From assembly GCF_052091845.1 (NCBI RefSeq), contig NZ_JBQDCO010000008.1, positions 16,180 to 80,179 of the forward strand: a stretch of DNA of 64,000 nucleotides. Reading direction: 5' to 3'. Positions 24,461 through 33,775 of this stretch are shown in pieces. The first letter of the stretch is position 1. The number at the start of each line of letters is the position of its first letter. The notes beneath the pieces were generated by a model, which saw only the letters and a program-made list of their open reading frames with translations, was not told the origin of the DNA and ran no database searches. This DNA is from Marinobacter sp. (lineage in GTDB: Bacteria; Pseudomonadota; Gammaproteobacteria; Pseudomonadales; Oleiphilaceae). The position numbers and the translations under genes are program-made.

Positions 24461-25708
24461 TTATTCGGCGCTGTCTACGCGTTCGATAATCAATGCAATG
24501 CCCTGGCCGACACCGATACACATGGTGCACAAGGCATAACGGGCGTTTTGGCCCTGCTGATGACGGCGCTCGAGTTCATTTAAAGCCGTGGTAACAAGGC
24601 GTGCGCCACTCATACCCAGAGGATGGCCGAGGGCAATGGCGCCGCCATTAGGGTTTACGTGTTCGGCATCATCTGGCAGGCCCAAATCGCGCAGCACGGC
24701 TAACGCCTGGGCGGCGAAGGCTTCGTTCAACTCGATCACGTCCATATCGGCCAATTCCAACCCGGCTGTCTTCAGCACTTTGCGGGTGGCCGGCGCAGGG
24801 CCCATGCCCATAATGCGCGGCTCAACGCCAGCCGTAGCCATGGCAACGACCCGGGCGCGGGGCTTGAGATTGTGCTGTTTCAAGGCATCGCCACTGGCGA
24901 GTAGCAGGGCGCAGGCACCGTCGTTTACGCCGGAAGCGTTGCCAGCGGTCACGCTGCCGCCATCACGGAAAGGTGTGCCAAGGCCTGCCAGTTTTTCCAG
25001 GCTGGTTTCCCGTGGGTGCTCGTCGGTATCAACCACGAGGGGTTCCTGTTTACGGCGGGGAACACTTACCGGCACGATTTCATTATCAAAATGGCCCGCC
25101 TTCTGAGCTGCCGCGGTGCGCTGTTGGCTGCGCAGGGCAAAGGCGTCCTGATCTTCCCGGGATATGTTGAAATCGGCAGCAACGTTCTCAGCCGTTTCTG
25201 GCATGGAATGAATGCCATACTGTTTTTTCAGCAACGGATTCACAAAACGCCAGCCAATGGTGGTGTCGAACATCTCGGCTTTTCGGCTGAATGCAGAATC
25301 GGCTTTGCCCATAACAAAGGGCGCGCGCGACATGGATTCCACGCCGCCGGCCAGCATAAGGCCGGCTTCACCCGTGCGCAGTGCGCGGGCGGCGCTGCCA
25401 ATAGCGTCCATGCCGGAGCCGCACAGGCGGTTGATCGTGCTGCCTGGCACGTCGATAGGAAGGCCCGCCAGTAGCAGAGACATACGGGCAACATCGCGGT
25501 TGTCTTCGCCGGCCTGGTTGGCGCATCCGTATAACACATCGTCTATGGCCGCCCAGTCCAGATCGCCGTGACGGTCTTTCAACGCTTTCATGGGAACAGC
25601 TCCCAAATCATCGGCGCGCACCGGTGCCAGGGCACCGCCGTAGCGGCCAACCGGTGTGCGTACCGCGTCTACTATGTAAGCATCTTGCAGGTGTTTTTCG
25701 TTACTCAT
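24461..25708 (-). CDS. paaJ: 3-oxoadipyl-CoA / 3-oxo-5,6-dehydrosuberyl-CoA thiolase PaaJ
   Basis: Thiolase motifs ([10 protein letters not shown] active-site Cys, [21 protein letters not shown]). ATGA overlap with paaI. Confidence 0.9.
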   Translation of the reverse strand: MSNEKHLQDAYIVDAVRTPVGRYGGALAPVRADDLGAVPMKALKDRHGDLDWAAIDDVLYGCANQAGEDNRDVARMSLLLAGLPIDVPGSTINRLCGSGMDAIGSAARALRTGEAGLMLAGGVESMSRAPFVMGKADSAFSRKAEMFDTTIGWRFVNPLLKKQYGIHSMPETAENVAADFNISREDQDAFALRSQQRTAAAQKAGHFDNEIVPVSVPRRKQEPLVVDTDEHPRETSLEKLAGLGTPFRDGGSVTAGNASGVNDGACALLLASGDALKQHNLKPRARVVAMATAGVEPRIMGMGPAPATRKVLKTAGLELADMDVIELNEAFAAQALAVLRDLGLPDDAEHVNPNGGAIALGHPLGMSGARLVTTALNELERRHQQGQNARYALCTMCIGVGQGIALIIERVDSAE

Positions 25709-26163
25709 TGATCGTTCTCCGACTGGATGACTTCGCCGCGAACCTGATAGGACTTGCCGCGAAACAGGGCGACCACGTGGCCATCCTGGTTGGTCAGGGT
25801 AATGTCGTACACGCCGGTGCGATTGCCACGGGATTGCTCCACAGCCGTGGCGGTCAGTACATCGCCTTCACGGGCGGCAATCATGTAATCAATAGTGCAG
25901 CCGGAGGCTACCGTTGCCTTGTTGTAGGTGTTGCAGGCGAAGGCAAACGCAGAATCGGCCAAGGTGAAAAGATAACCGCCGTGGCAGGCACCGTGGCCCT
26001 GAATCATGATCTTGGTGACTGGCATCGTCAGCGTGGCTTTGCCAGGAGAAACCTGGGTAATTTTCATGCCCAGGTTTTGGCTGGCCATATCCCGCGAGTA
26101 CATGGACTCAGCGCAGTCTTGTGCCAGTTTTTGCGCATCGGGTGCGTGGTGTTCGTTGCTCAT
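25705..26163 (-). CDS. paaI: hydroxyphenylacetyl-CoA thioesterase PaaI
   Basis: 152-aa hotdog fold with the [19 protein letters not shown] motif. ATGA overlap with paaH. Confidence 0.85.
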   Translation of the reverse strand: MSNEHHAPDAQKLAQDCAESMYSRDMASQNLGMKITQVSPGKATLTMPVTKIMIQGHGACHGGYLFTLADSAFAFACNTYNKATVASGCTIDYMIAAREGDVLTATAVEQSRGNRTGVYDITLTNQDGHVVALFRGKSYQVRGEVIQSENDQ

Positions 26164-27680
26164 GAATAGAACCCCTGTTCGGCAAACCGGTTTTTCCGCA
26201 GCAGTAGCGCCGGCCGGTAGCGATCTTCGCCGTAGCTATGCTGGATGTGTGTCAGTACTGTGTGCAGTAGGCTTAACCCAAGGTTATCGCTCCAGCGCAG
26301 CGGACCTTCCGGGTAGTTCAGGCCGGCTTTCATCGCCAGATCGATATCGCTGATAGATGCCACGCCGTGCAAGACAGCGTCTGCGGCTTCGTTGGCCAGT
26401 GTGGCAACAGTGCGCATTACCACCAGGCCCGGGCGGTCAGAAATCTGGCTTACGGCAATGCCCGCTTTTTGCAGCAAAGCGCACGCGTCGTTCACGGCTT
26501 GCGCGGATGCCTGGTTTGCAGCGGCAATAGCCAGGCGGCTCGCCTTGGCGTAATCGAAGGCCAAATCCAGAAGAATCAGGTTGTTGCAGGCTTCAGACGA
26601 CGCGCGCTCGGTGGCCATGCGACCATCGGTGAGAGCCAGTACAGCATCGCCAAAACACAGGCGCCCCGGGCCATCGCGTTCGATGACGTTAAGGCCGCTT
26701 TCACGCAGGCGGGTAACCAGTGCCGCAAGCGGGCCTGGGTTGCCTTCCACAATGAGGGCGTCTGCATCACTGCTTGCGGCTTCTGCGGTGGCAGGTTCGG
26801 GTTTTTGTGCGCCTTCGGCATAGCTATAAAAGCCCTGACCGCTCTTGCGGCCCAGCCTGCCAGCTTCCACCAGCTCTTTTTGAACCAGAGAAGGCAGAAA
26901 GCGGGAGTCCTGATAGTAGGCGTTAAAAACCGAGAAGGTTACGGCGTAGTTTACGTCGTGGCCGATGAGATCAGTCAGCTCAAATGGCCCCATGCGAAAG
27001 CTGCCGGCTTCGCGCAGGATGGCGTCGAGTGTTGCGCTGTCGGTAGCTTGTTCTTGCAGCAGTCGCAGACTTTCTGCATAAAAAGGCCGTGCGACTCTGT
27101 TAACAATAAAGCCAGGTGTAGAGGTGGCCGTAACCGGCTTCTTGCCCCACTGGACAGCCGTGGCATAAACACTTTGGGCAACCTCGTCGCTGGTTGCCAG
27201 GCCTTTGATGACTTCTACCAGTGCCATCAGTGGCGCCGGGTTAAAGAAGTGCATGCCCACCAGGCGCTCCGGGTGCTTCATGTTTGCGCCCAGAGCTGTC
27301 ACGGAGATGGATGAGGTGTTGGTGGCCAGAATGGCTTTTTCGTCGCAAACGTCCTCAAGGTTGGCCAGCAAAGTGCGTTTGATGTCGAGATCTTCAACAA
27401 TGGCCTCAATCACCAGACCGGCTTCTGCCAGTTCATTCAGCTCGCTAACCGGCTGGATACGATCCAGAAGCTCATCCAGTACAGATTGCTCCAGCTTTCC
27501 TTTATCAACCCGGCGTTGAAGCTGCCTGGCAACGTTCTGGCGACCAGCTTCTGCAGCACCTTCGCGCTGATCGAGCAAGAATACCCGGTGGCCAGCCTGT
27601 GCGGCTACCTGTGCTATGCCCGAGCCCATGGCGCCTGCGCCTATAACGGCAACGGAGATGTCAGTGGCAAGTGGCTGCAT
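26160..27680 (-). CDS. paaH: 3-hydroxyadipyl-CoA dehydrogenase PaaH
   Basis: N-terminal Rossmann motif VIGAGAMGSGIA, a 3-hydroxyacyl-CoA dehydrogenase core and a duplicated C-terminal domain. Confidence 0.85.
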   Translation of the reverse strand: MQPLATDISVAVIGAGAMGSGIAQVAAQAGHRVFLLDQREGAAEAGRQNVARQLQRRVDKGKLEQSVLDELLDRIQPVSELNELAEAGLVIEAIVEDLDIKRTLLANLEDVCDEKAILATNTSSISVTALGANMKHPERLVGMHFFNPAPLMALVEVIKGLATSDEVAQSVYATAVQWGKKPVTATSTPGFIVNRVARPFYAESLRLLQEQATDSATLDAILREAGSFRMGPFELTDLIGHDVNYAVTFSVFNAYYQDSRFLPSLVQKELVEAGRLGRKSGQGFYSYAEGAQKPEPATAEAASSDADALIVEGNPGPLAALVTRLRESGLNVIERDGPGRLCFGDAVLALTDGRMATERASSEACNNLILLDLAFDYAKASRLAIAAANQASAQAVNDACALLQKAGIAVSQISDRPGLVVMRTVATLANEAADAVLHGVASISDIDLAMKAGLNYPEGPLRWSDNLGLSLLHTVLTHIQHSYGEDRYRPALLLRKNRFAEQGFYS

Positions 27681-27682
27681 GC

Positions 27683-28474
27683 TTATTTCCCCTTGAATTC
27701 AGGTGTGCGCTTTTCCATAAAAGCGGCCACGCCTTCGCGGTAGTCGTCGGTGCGGCCAGCCAGGCGCTGTATGTCACGCTCTACCAGTGCTTGTTCTTCA
27801 AAGCTGTTGTTGGTACTTGCGTGCAGGGCGCGCTTGATCATTCCCAAGCCTTTGGTGGGTTGAGTTGAGAAGTGTCGGGCCAGTTTCATGGCTTCCTCCT
27901 GCAGCGCATCGTCTTCTACGCATTGCCAGATCATGCCCCACTGTTCTGCCTTCTCGGCGCTCAGTTTGTCACCCAATAAAGCCAGACCTTTTGCACGGGC
28001 CATTCCGACTGCACGCGGTAGGGTCCAGGTACCGCCCGAGTCGGGAATAAGACCAATTTTACAAAAGGCCTGAACAAAGTTAGCGGAGCGTGCTGCCAGC
28101 GTGATATCGCAAGCGAGTGCAATGTTTGCACCGGCACCAGCGGCTACGCCATTAACCGCACAAATGACTGGCATAGGCAGGTCTCGAATGGCCTGCAGCA
28201 TCGGGTTGTAGTATTTCTCTATGGATAAGCCCAAATCCGGGGCCTCGGCACCCGGCTTTACGGTGCGGTCGGCTAAATCCTGGCCAGCACAAAAGCCGCG
28301 CCCGTTACCTGTGAGCAGCATCACTCTTACCGAGTCATCTTTACGAATGGCTTTTAGCGCATCGCGCATTTGCTCATGCATCTCAACATTAAAACTGTTG
28401 AGGCTTTTGGGACGGTTCAGGGTGACTTTGGCAATGCCCTGATCGATTTCGAGAAGCACGCTCTGCTCTGTCAT
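27683..28474 (-). CDS. paaG: 1,2-epoxyphenylacetyl-CoA isomerase PaaG (crotonase family)
   Basis: Crotonase fold (GRGFCAGQDL, VNGVAAGAGANIALACD). Start set at ATG 28474 (MTEQSVLLEID) with an AAGGA RBS. The ORF-track start at 28564 would overlap paaF. Confidence 0.85.
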   Translation of the reverse strand: MTEQSVLLEIDQGIAKVTLNRPKSLNSFNVEMHEQMRDALKAIRKDDSVRVMLLTGNGRGFCAGQDLADRTVKPGAEAPDLGLSIEKYYNPMLQAIRDLPMPVICAVNGVAAGAGANIALACDITLAARSANFVQAFCKIGLIPDSGGTWTLPRAVGMARAKGLALLGDKLSAEKAEQWGMIWQCVEDDALQEEAMKLARHFSTQPTKGLGMIKRALHASTNNSFEEQALVERDIQRLAGRTDDYREGVAAFMEKRTPEFKGK

Positions 28475-28508
28475 GGAAAAATCCTTGTGATGGCAGTGGA
28501 ACCGGGGC

Positions 28509-29282
28509 TTAACGCCCGGAAAACTCTGGCTTACGTTTGTTGCGAAAGGCCTCCAGGCCCTCACGACGATCGTCTGTTGCGGCTAAAATGGTGAACGCGT
28601 GGCGTTCGAACCGCATGCCCGCGGCAAGATCCATATCTTCCGCCCGCTGCACCGCTTCGCGGGCCAGCTGCACGGCTATCGGGCCTTTGGAGGCTATGGT
28701 GCGAGCGATGGCAGTGGCCCGCTCAACGGTAAGTTCCGGTTGGCAAATTTCGCTGACAAGACCAGCCTCCAAAGCCTTTTGCGCATTGATAGCCTCGCCT
28801 GTGAGCACCATTTGCATGGCCAGCTGTTGGCCAACGGCGCGCACCAGGCGCTGAGTGCCACCGGCACCCGGCATAATTCCGAGGTTGATTTCGGGCTGGC
28901 CGAACCTGGCATTGGTGCCGGCAACCATAATGTCGCCGTGCATGGCCAGCTCGCAGCCACCGCCCAGGCAGAATCCGTTAACCGCTGTGATTAAAGGCTT
29001 GGTAAACCGGGCGATGCGTGCCCAATGCTGAATACGAGGGTCTTCGAGCATGCCGACAAGATCACGTGCGGCCATCTCGTTGATATCAGCGCCGGCTGCA
29101 AAGGCACGCTCACTGCCGGTAATAACCACGGCGCGGGTGTCGGCATCCGCCTCTGCGGCATCCAGCTCGGTGCTGAGTGCTTCAAGCAGTGCGGTATTAA
29201 GAGCATTAAGGGCTTCGGGACGATTAAGCGTTAACAGGCGAACGCCTTGATCCGGCCCTTCTGAGAGCAGTATCTGTGGCAT
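28509..29282 (-). CDS. paaF: 2,3-dehydroadipyl-CoA hydratase PaaF (enoyl-CoA hydratase)
   Basis: Crotonase fold (ERAFAAGADINEM, VNGFCLGGGCELAM). First gene of the paaFGHIJK block. Confidence 0.85.
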   Translation of the reverse strand: MPQILLSEGPDQGVRLLTLNRPEALNALNTALLEALSTELDAAEADADTRAVVITGSERAFAAGADINEMAARDLVGMLEDPRIQHWARIARFTKPLITAVNGFCLGGGCELAMHGDIMVAGTNARFGQPEINLGIMPGAGGTQRLVRAVGQQLAMQMVLTGEAINAQKALEAGLVSEICQPELTVERATAIARTIASKGPIAVQLAREAVQRAEDMDLAAGMRFERHAFTILAATDDRREGLEAFRNKRKPEFSGR

Positions 29283-29401
29283 AGCAGTTCCGGCATGTCG
29301 TTGTTTTGGTGGTTTTTCGGTAAGGCCTGATGGTTATCAAGGCGGCCTCCGCAGGGCGGTGTTTCGCCTCTTTGATTTGAGCAAAGAGTATAGGTTTGAA
29401 T

Positions 29402-29440
29402 TGATACCGGTCAATAATCTCTGGCCTGGTTTTTGTATCA
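29402..29440. promoter_or_regulatory. candidate PaaX operator TGATAC-N27-GTATCA in the paaF/paaY divergent region
   Basis: Perfect half-sites and exactly the same 27-nt spacing as the site at 22913. It lies 120 nt upstream of the paaF start. Confidence 0.6.
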
Positions 29441-29636
29441 CGTTACTGTGCGCCCAAAGAAAGTGCGTATAAATTTTTGATTTGTATGGAGATTATTTTT
29501 ATTAGCCTTTAGTCTTAGAAGAGGTCGGGTGTCGCTGTATTTATGCTCGCTAGCTTCACGAGTTGTGTATTATCAGTCCTGATACAAAAAATAGTCTTCA
29601 AATACAAAAAAACAAACAAGTTACAAGGAGTGCTTT

Positions 29637-30227
29637 ATGCCCTGTTACCGAATTGATGGTGTGACGCCTGTGGTGCATCCATCGGCATATGTTCACCCTA
29701 CTGCCGTGCTTATTGGCGATGTACACGTTGGCCCGGATTGCTACGTTGGGCCCTGTGCATCCTTGCGCGGGGATTTTGGCCGAATAATAATGGAGCAGGG
29801 AGCCAACCTGCAGGACACCTGTGTGATGCATGCGTTTCCCGGGCGTGATGCGGTCATCCGGCGGAACGGCCACATAGGCCATGGCGCTGTGCTACACGGT
29901 TGTGTGATAGAAGAAGATGCCATGGTCGGAATGAACGCCGTGGTTATGGACGAAGCTGTTATCGCGACCAGGTCTATTGTCGGTGCCTCAGCGTTTGTGA
30001 AAAGCGGCTTTACCTGTGAACCGGCTTCGTTGATTGTGGGCTCTCCGGCCAAAGTGTTGCGCCAACTGAGTGATAAAGAGGTGAGCTGGAAACTGCGCGG
30101 CACCCAGGAGTATCAGACACTGACAAAAAGGTGCCTGAAAACCATGACAGAATGCTCGCCGCTAGCCACCGTGGATGCAGAGCGGCCGACATTGCAGATA
30201 GGTGGCCATAATTTGAAGGACGAGTAA
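29637..30227 (+). CDS. paaY: phenylacetic acid degradation protein PaaY (hexapeptide-repeat, gamma-carbonic-anhydrase-like thioesterase)
   Basis: MPCYRIDGVTPVVHPSAYVHPTAVLIGDV plus left-handed beta-helix hexapeptide repeats. paa context. Confidence 0.85.
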   Translation: MPCYRIDGVTPVVHPSAYVHPTAVLIGDVHVGPDCYVGPCASLRGDFGRIIMEQGANLQDTCVMHAFPGRDAVIRRNGHIGHGAVLHGCVIEEDAMVGMNAVVMDEAVIATRSIVGASAFVKSGFTCEPASLIVGSPAKVLRQLSDKEVSWKLRGTQEYQTLTKRCLKTMTECSPLATVDAERPTLQIGGHNLKDE

Positions 30228-30230
30228 CGC

Positions 30231-30482
30231 TTGAGTAGAGCCGATATGAGCCCGGAAGAATGGCAGGCTGTTTTAGAGGTTATTCCGGATGTGCGCGACG
30301 GTCTGACGCGCACAGAACGGCTTATTCTGTATGTGATACATGAGACCCGGAAAGAACTGAACGGCCGTAACGTACCCACGGTTATGCTCTACGGCAGGGT
30401 GCTGGAGTATGTTGATATGAGCGAGGCCGAGTTACATGTGTATCTCGACCGGCTGGGTGTCCGAGGCGATGGCACTTCATAG
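30231..30482 (+). CDS. small hypothetical protein with GyrA/ParC-like N-terminal motif (IPDVRDGL...R.ILY)
   Basis: 83-codon ORF 3 nt after the paaY stop. TTG start with AAGGA 10 nt upstream; alternative ATG at 30246. Codon usage looks coding. Function unknown. Confidence 0.45.
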   Translation: MSRADMSPEEWQAVLEVIPDVRDGLTRTERLILYVIHETRKELNGRNVPTVMLYGRVLEYVDMSEAELHVYLDRLGVRGDGTS

Positions 30483-30495
30483 CGTTTGAGCGCCG

Positions 30496-31683
30496 TTAAT
30501 GATCAAGTACATAAAGCCTGCGGCCAGCCCCGAGCCCCGCAATGATGGCGCTAATGGCAATCGTGCCGAGGAAGGCACCAGCAATATTCCAGCTGTCGAA
30601 CGCTTCATGCAGCACACCAACAAACAACGGGCCCAGTGCCGCCATGGTGTAGCCGAGGCTCTGGGCCATTCCTGACAAGCGCGCAGCGGTTTCTGCATCG
30701 CGAGCTCTTACTGCAAGCAGAGTGAGAGCCAAGCTGAAAGAGCCGCCTTGACCCAGCCCCAGCACCAGTACCCACAGCCAGACCCCTTCAATAGGCGCGT
30801 AAATACAGCCACAAAGGCCAGCGAGTGTCGCCAGCATAACCAACACCACCATGAAACGCTGATCGCGCATATGGCTGGCTATCCAGGGAGCTGCAATGGC
30901 CATGGGCACTTGCGTGAGAATGGATACCGAGAGCGCCAGCCCGGCGTTTACCGGATCAAGCCCCCGGTCTTGCAAAATAGTAGGTAGCCAGCCAAATACT
31001 GTATAGGCCAGGGATGACTGCAAGCCCATATAAAAAGCGATTTGCCACGCCAGGCGGTCTTTGAACAGCGATTTCGCCGGCGTGCCAGGCAATTTCGGCA
31101 CCTGCTTACCATCCAGTTGAAGCCACCAGGCCAGGATGGCAATAACAGCGGGAATGACCCAAAACGCCAGTGCGGGCTCCCAGGCACCGGAAAACGCCAT
31201 GCGTAGTGGTTCTGTGGTGCCCGCCGCCACTGCGGCACCGGTGCACAGCACGGCGGTGTAAATACCCGTCATAAGGCTTGCGGATTCCGGGAAGTCGCGC
31301 TTAACGATGCCGGGCAGAAGTACGCTCATGATACCAATGCAGCCGCCCGCTATAGCCGTGCCCACAAATAAACCGCTCACACCAAGATAGGGCCGCACAG
31401 CCATTGCTGCGCCCAGAATGATCAGAGTTACCAATACCGCTCGTTCCATCCCGAGTTTGCGTGCAGCACGGGGAGCAATCGGCGCCGCCAGACCCAGGAG
31501 CAGAACGGGCAGGGTAGTGAGCACGCCCTGACCAACGGATGACAGCGACAAGCCCTCACCGATGCTGGTCAAAATCGGCCCGACACTGGTGAGTGCCGGG
31601 CGCAGGTTGAGAGCGACCAGCATCATGCCCACGAACATCATTATGGCATTTCGGGTTTGTTGTGGGCTGTTTTTGCGGGTCAT
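30496..31683 (-). CDS. MFS transporter, CynX-like family
   Basis: 12 TM helices. LVALNLRPALTSVGPILTSI is typical of the CynX/YeaN-type MFS family. Confidence 0.8.
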   Translation of the reverse strand: MTRKNSPQQTRNAIMMFVGMMLVALNLRPALTSVGPILTSIGEGLSLSSVGQGVLTTLPVLLLGLAAPIAPRAARKLGMERAVLVTLIILGAAMAVRPYLGVSGLFVGTAIAGGCIGIMSVLLPGIVKRDFPESASLMTGIYTAVLCTGAAVAAGTTEPLRMAFSGAWEPALAFWVIPAVIAILAWWLQLDGKQVPKLPGTPAKSLFKDRLAWQIAFYMGLQSSLAYTVFGWLPTILQDRGLDPVNAGLALSVSILTQVPMAIAAPWIASHMRDQRFMVVLVMLATLAGLCGCIYAPIEGVWLWVLVLGLGQGGSFSLALTLLAVRARDAETAARLSGMAQSLGYTMAALGPLFVGVLHEAFDSWNIAGAFLGTIAISAIIAGLGAGRRLYVLDH

Positions 31684-31832
31684 AGGTTTATGCGTTAATC
31701 CTCGGAGTAGTGTTCTTCAAGGCTGTTTCGACTCAGGTGTTTCTGAATCTTGCCAGTCCCGGTGCCGGGAGGATATAGGTAAGGAGGGGCGCTGTCGTCC
31801 CTGACAACTTGGCTATAAGAAGGTGCAGTGGA

Positions 31833-33143
31833 TTAAAAGAACACGCCCGGCAGCCAGGTGGCGATTTCCGGGAAGACCATAATAATTCCGATGGCCAGTA
31901 TCTCAATCATGACAAACGGCACTACTGAGGTGTATATGTCTTTCATGGTAATGCCTGGTGGCACCACACCTTTCAGGTAGAACAGGTTAAATCCAAAGGG
32001 TGGGGTCTTGTAGCCAATTTCCATGTTGATCACGAACAGGATGCCGAACCAGATCGGGTCGAAGCCAAGTGATTTCACGATCGGTATAAAGACCGGCAGC
32101 GTGATCAGCATAATACCAACTGGGTCCAGCACCATAGCCAAAACGAACACAATGATCATCATCGCGATGATGATGCCCCAAGAGCCGCCGGGAATGTGCT
32201 GCATCAAGCCTTCTATAAGATCCTGCGCACCCATGCTTTGGTATGCCGCGCTAAAGGCGTGAGCGGCAAATAGAATCCACATGATCATGCCCGTGAGCTT
32301 GAAGGTACGGATGGCGGCTTCTTGCAGAATGCTCCATTTGAACTGGCGATAGACAGCCGCAGAAATCAGTGAACCGAGCACGCCCATGGCGGCTGCTTCT
32401 GTTGGTGTAGTAATGCCGCCTATTATGGAGCCAAGCACCATAAATACGACGCCAATGGGAAGTATCACCGATTTTAACGCCTGGAACTTTTCGGGCCAGG
32501 TGCCGCGCTCCTCCGGGGATAACGCTGGCGCCAGGTGCGGCTGCAGGGTAGAGCGTACGAGGATGTAAATAACGGTGAGTACCATCAGTAATATGCCAGG
32601 CATGATACCGGCAGCAAACATCTGGCCTACCGACACACCGGTAATCAGTGCGTAGAGAATCATCAGGATGCTGGGCGGTATCAGAATGCCCCAACCGCCA
32701 CCTGTATTGATCACGCCCAATGCCATTTTTCGGTCATAGCCCCGTTCCAGCATGGAGGGCAGGGCTATGGTTCCCATGGCAACCACCGCGGCGCCACTGA
32801 TGCCAACCATGGCAGCAAACACCGCGCAGATCACCAGGGTCCCGATGGCTAAGCCGCCGCGAAGGCCTCCGAACCACAGGTGCATCATCCTGTAAAGGTC
32901 CTTTGCGACACCCGTTCGCTCAAGCACCATAGCCATGAAAACAAACAAGGGTATGGCAACCAGAGTAAAGCTCTCCATGGTGCCCCAGATCTGCGTGGCC
33001 ACCATATAGAAGGAATCAAATCCCCAGGTGAAATAGAGGAAGATGACGGACACGCCACCGAGAACAAAGGCCAGCGGCAGACCCAGAATCAGAAAAAACA
33101 GCAGCGAGCCGAAAAACAGCAGGGTCAGAATTTCAATGCTCAC
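31833..33143 (-). CDS. TRAP transporter large permease (DctM family)
   Basis: 436-aa polytopic protein with DctM-type repeats. GTGA overlap with the small-permease gene. Confidence 0.9.
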   Translation of the reverse strand: MSIEILTLLFFGSLLFFLILGLPLAFVLGGVSVIFLYFTWGFDSFYMVATQIWGTMESFTLVAIPLFVFMAMVLERTGVAKDLYRMMHLWFGGLRGGLAIGTLVICAVFAAMVGISGAAVVAMGTIALPSMLERGYDRKMALGVINTGGGWGILIPPSILMILYALITGVSVGQMFAAGIMPGILLMVLTVIYILVRSTLQPHLAPALSPEERGTWPEKFQALKSVILPIGVVFMVLGSIIGGITTPTEAAAMGVLGSLISAAVYRQFKWSILQEAAIRTFKLTGMIMWILFAAHAFSAAYQSMGAQDLIEGLMQHIPGGSWGIIIAMMIIVFVLAMVLDPVGIMLITLPVFIPIVKSLGFDPIWFGILFVINMEIGYKTPPFGFNLFYLKGVVPPGITMKDIYTSVVPFVMIEILAIGIIMVFPEIATWLPGVFF

Positions 33144-33685
33144 GACTGCTCTCCTTCAGATACGCTCTGATCCGGGCGGTAATAATCCAGGTTGAATGCA
33201 ATGGCAATGTCTTCAAGTAGCTTGGCCAGCCCTTGCAGCGCCAGTAATGCTGTCCCGACAGGAATGGCAAGCTTTACCGGCCAGATTGGCGGATTCCAGG
33301 CGGAGAAAGAAGTCTCCCAGCCGGATATGGATTCACTGGCCATATCAATGCCGAACCACAGCAGGGCAAGGGTGAAAATGAAAAAAATCAATGAGGTAAA
33401 GATGTCCATAAACGCCCGCTTGCGAGGCGATAATTGTGAGTGCAGAAGGTCCACATTTACATGGCCCCTATGAGCCATAATATAGCCCCCGGACATGACA
33501 GCATAAACGCCGAAAAGCATCTGGGTAAGCTCGTTGGTCCAGACGGTGGGTGAGTTGAACACATAGCGAAAGCCCACTTCCAGTATCAGGAATGCAAACA
33601 TGGCGAAAATGAGCAGCGCTACCCAGCGCCCGACAAATTCATTAAGACGAGTAATCCCTCTTATGAATGCGGTCAGAACAGTCAT
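33140..33685 (-). CDS. TRAP transporter small permease (DctQ family)
   Basis: 181 aa, 4 TM helices, positioned between the DctP and DctM genes. Confidence 0.85.
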   Translation of the reverse strand: MTVLTAFIRGITRLNEFVGRWVALLIFAMFAFLILEVGFRYVFNSPTVWTNELTQMLFGVYAVMSGGYIMAHRGHVNVDLLHSQLSPRKRAFMDIFTSLIFFIFTLALLWFGIDMASESISGWETSFSAWNPPIWPVKLAIPVGTALLALQGLAKLLEDIAIAFNLDYYRPDQSVSEGEQS

Positions 33686-33722
33686 GGCATTCTCCAGGAG
33701 GATGTTGGGTTTTCGGGGAGAA

Positions 33723-33752
33723 AGAGGCCGAAAGTCAAATCCTCCGGCCTCT
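33723..33752 (-). promoter_or_regulatory. intra-operon stem-loop after the TRAP binding-protein gene
   Basis: 8-bp stem agaggccg/cggcctct with a 14-nt loop in the 90-nt dctP-dctQ spacer. Confidence 0.4.
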
Positions 33753-33775
33753 ATTGTTTAACAGCTCTTTATCGT

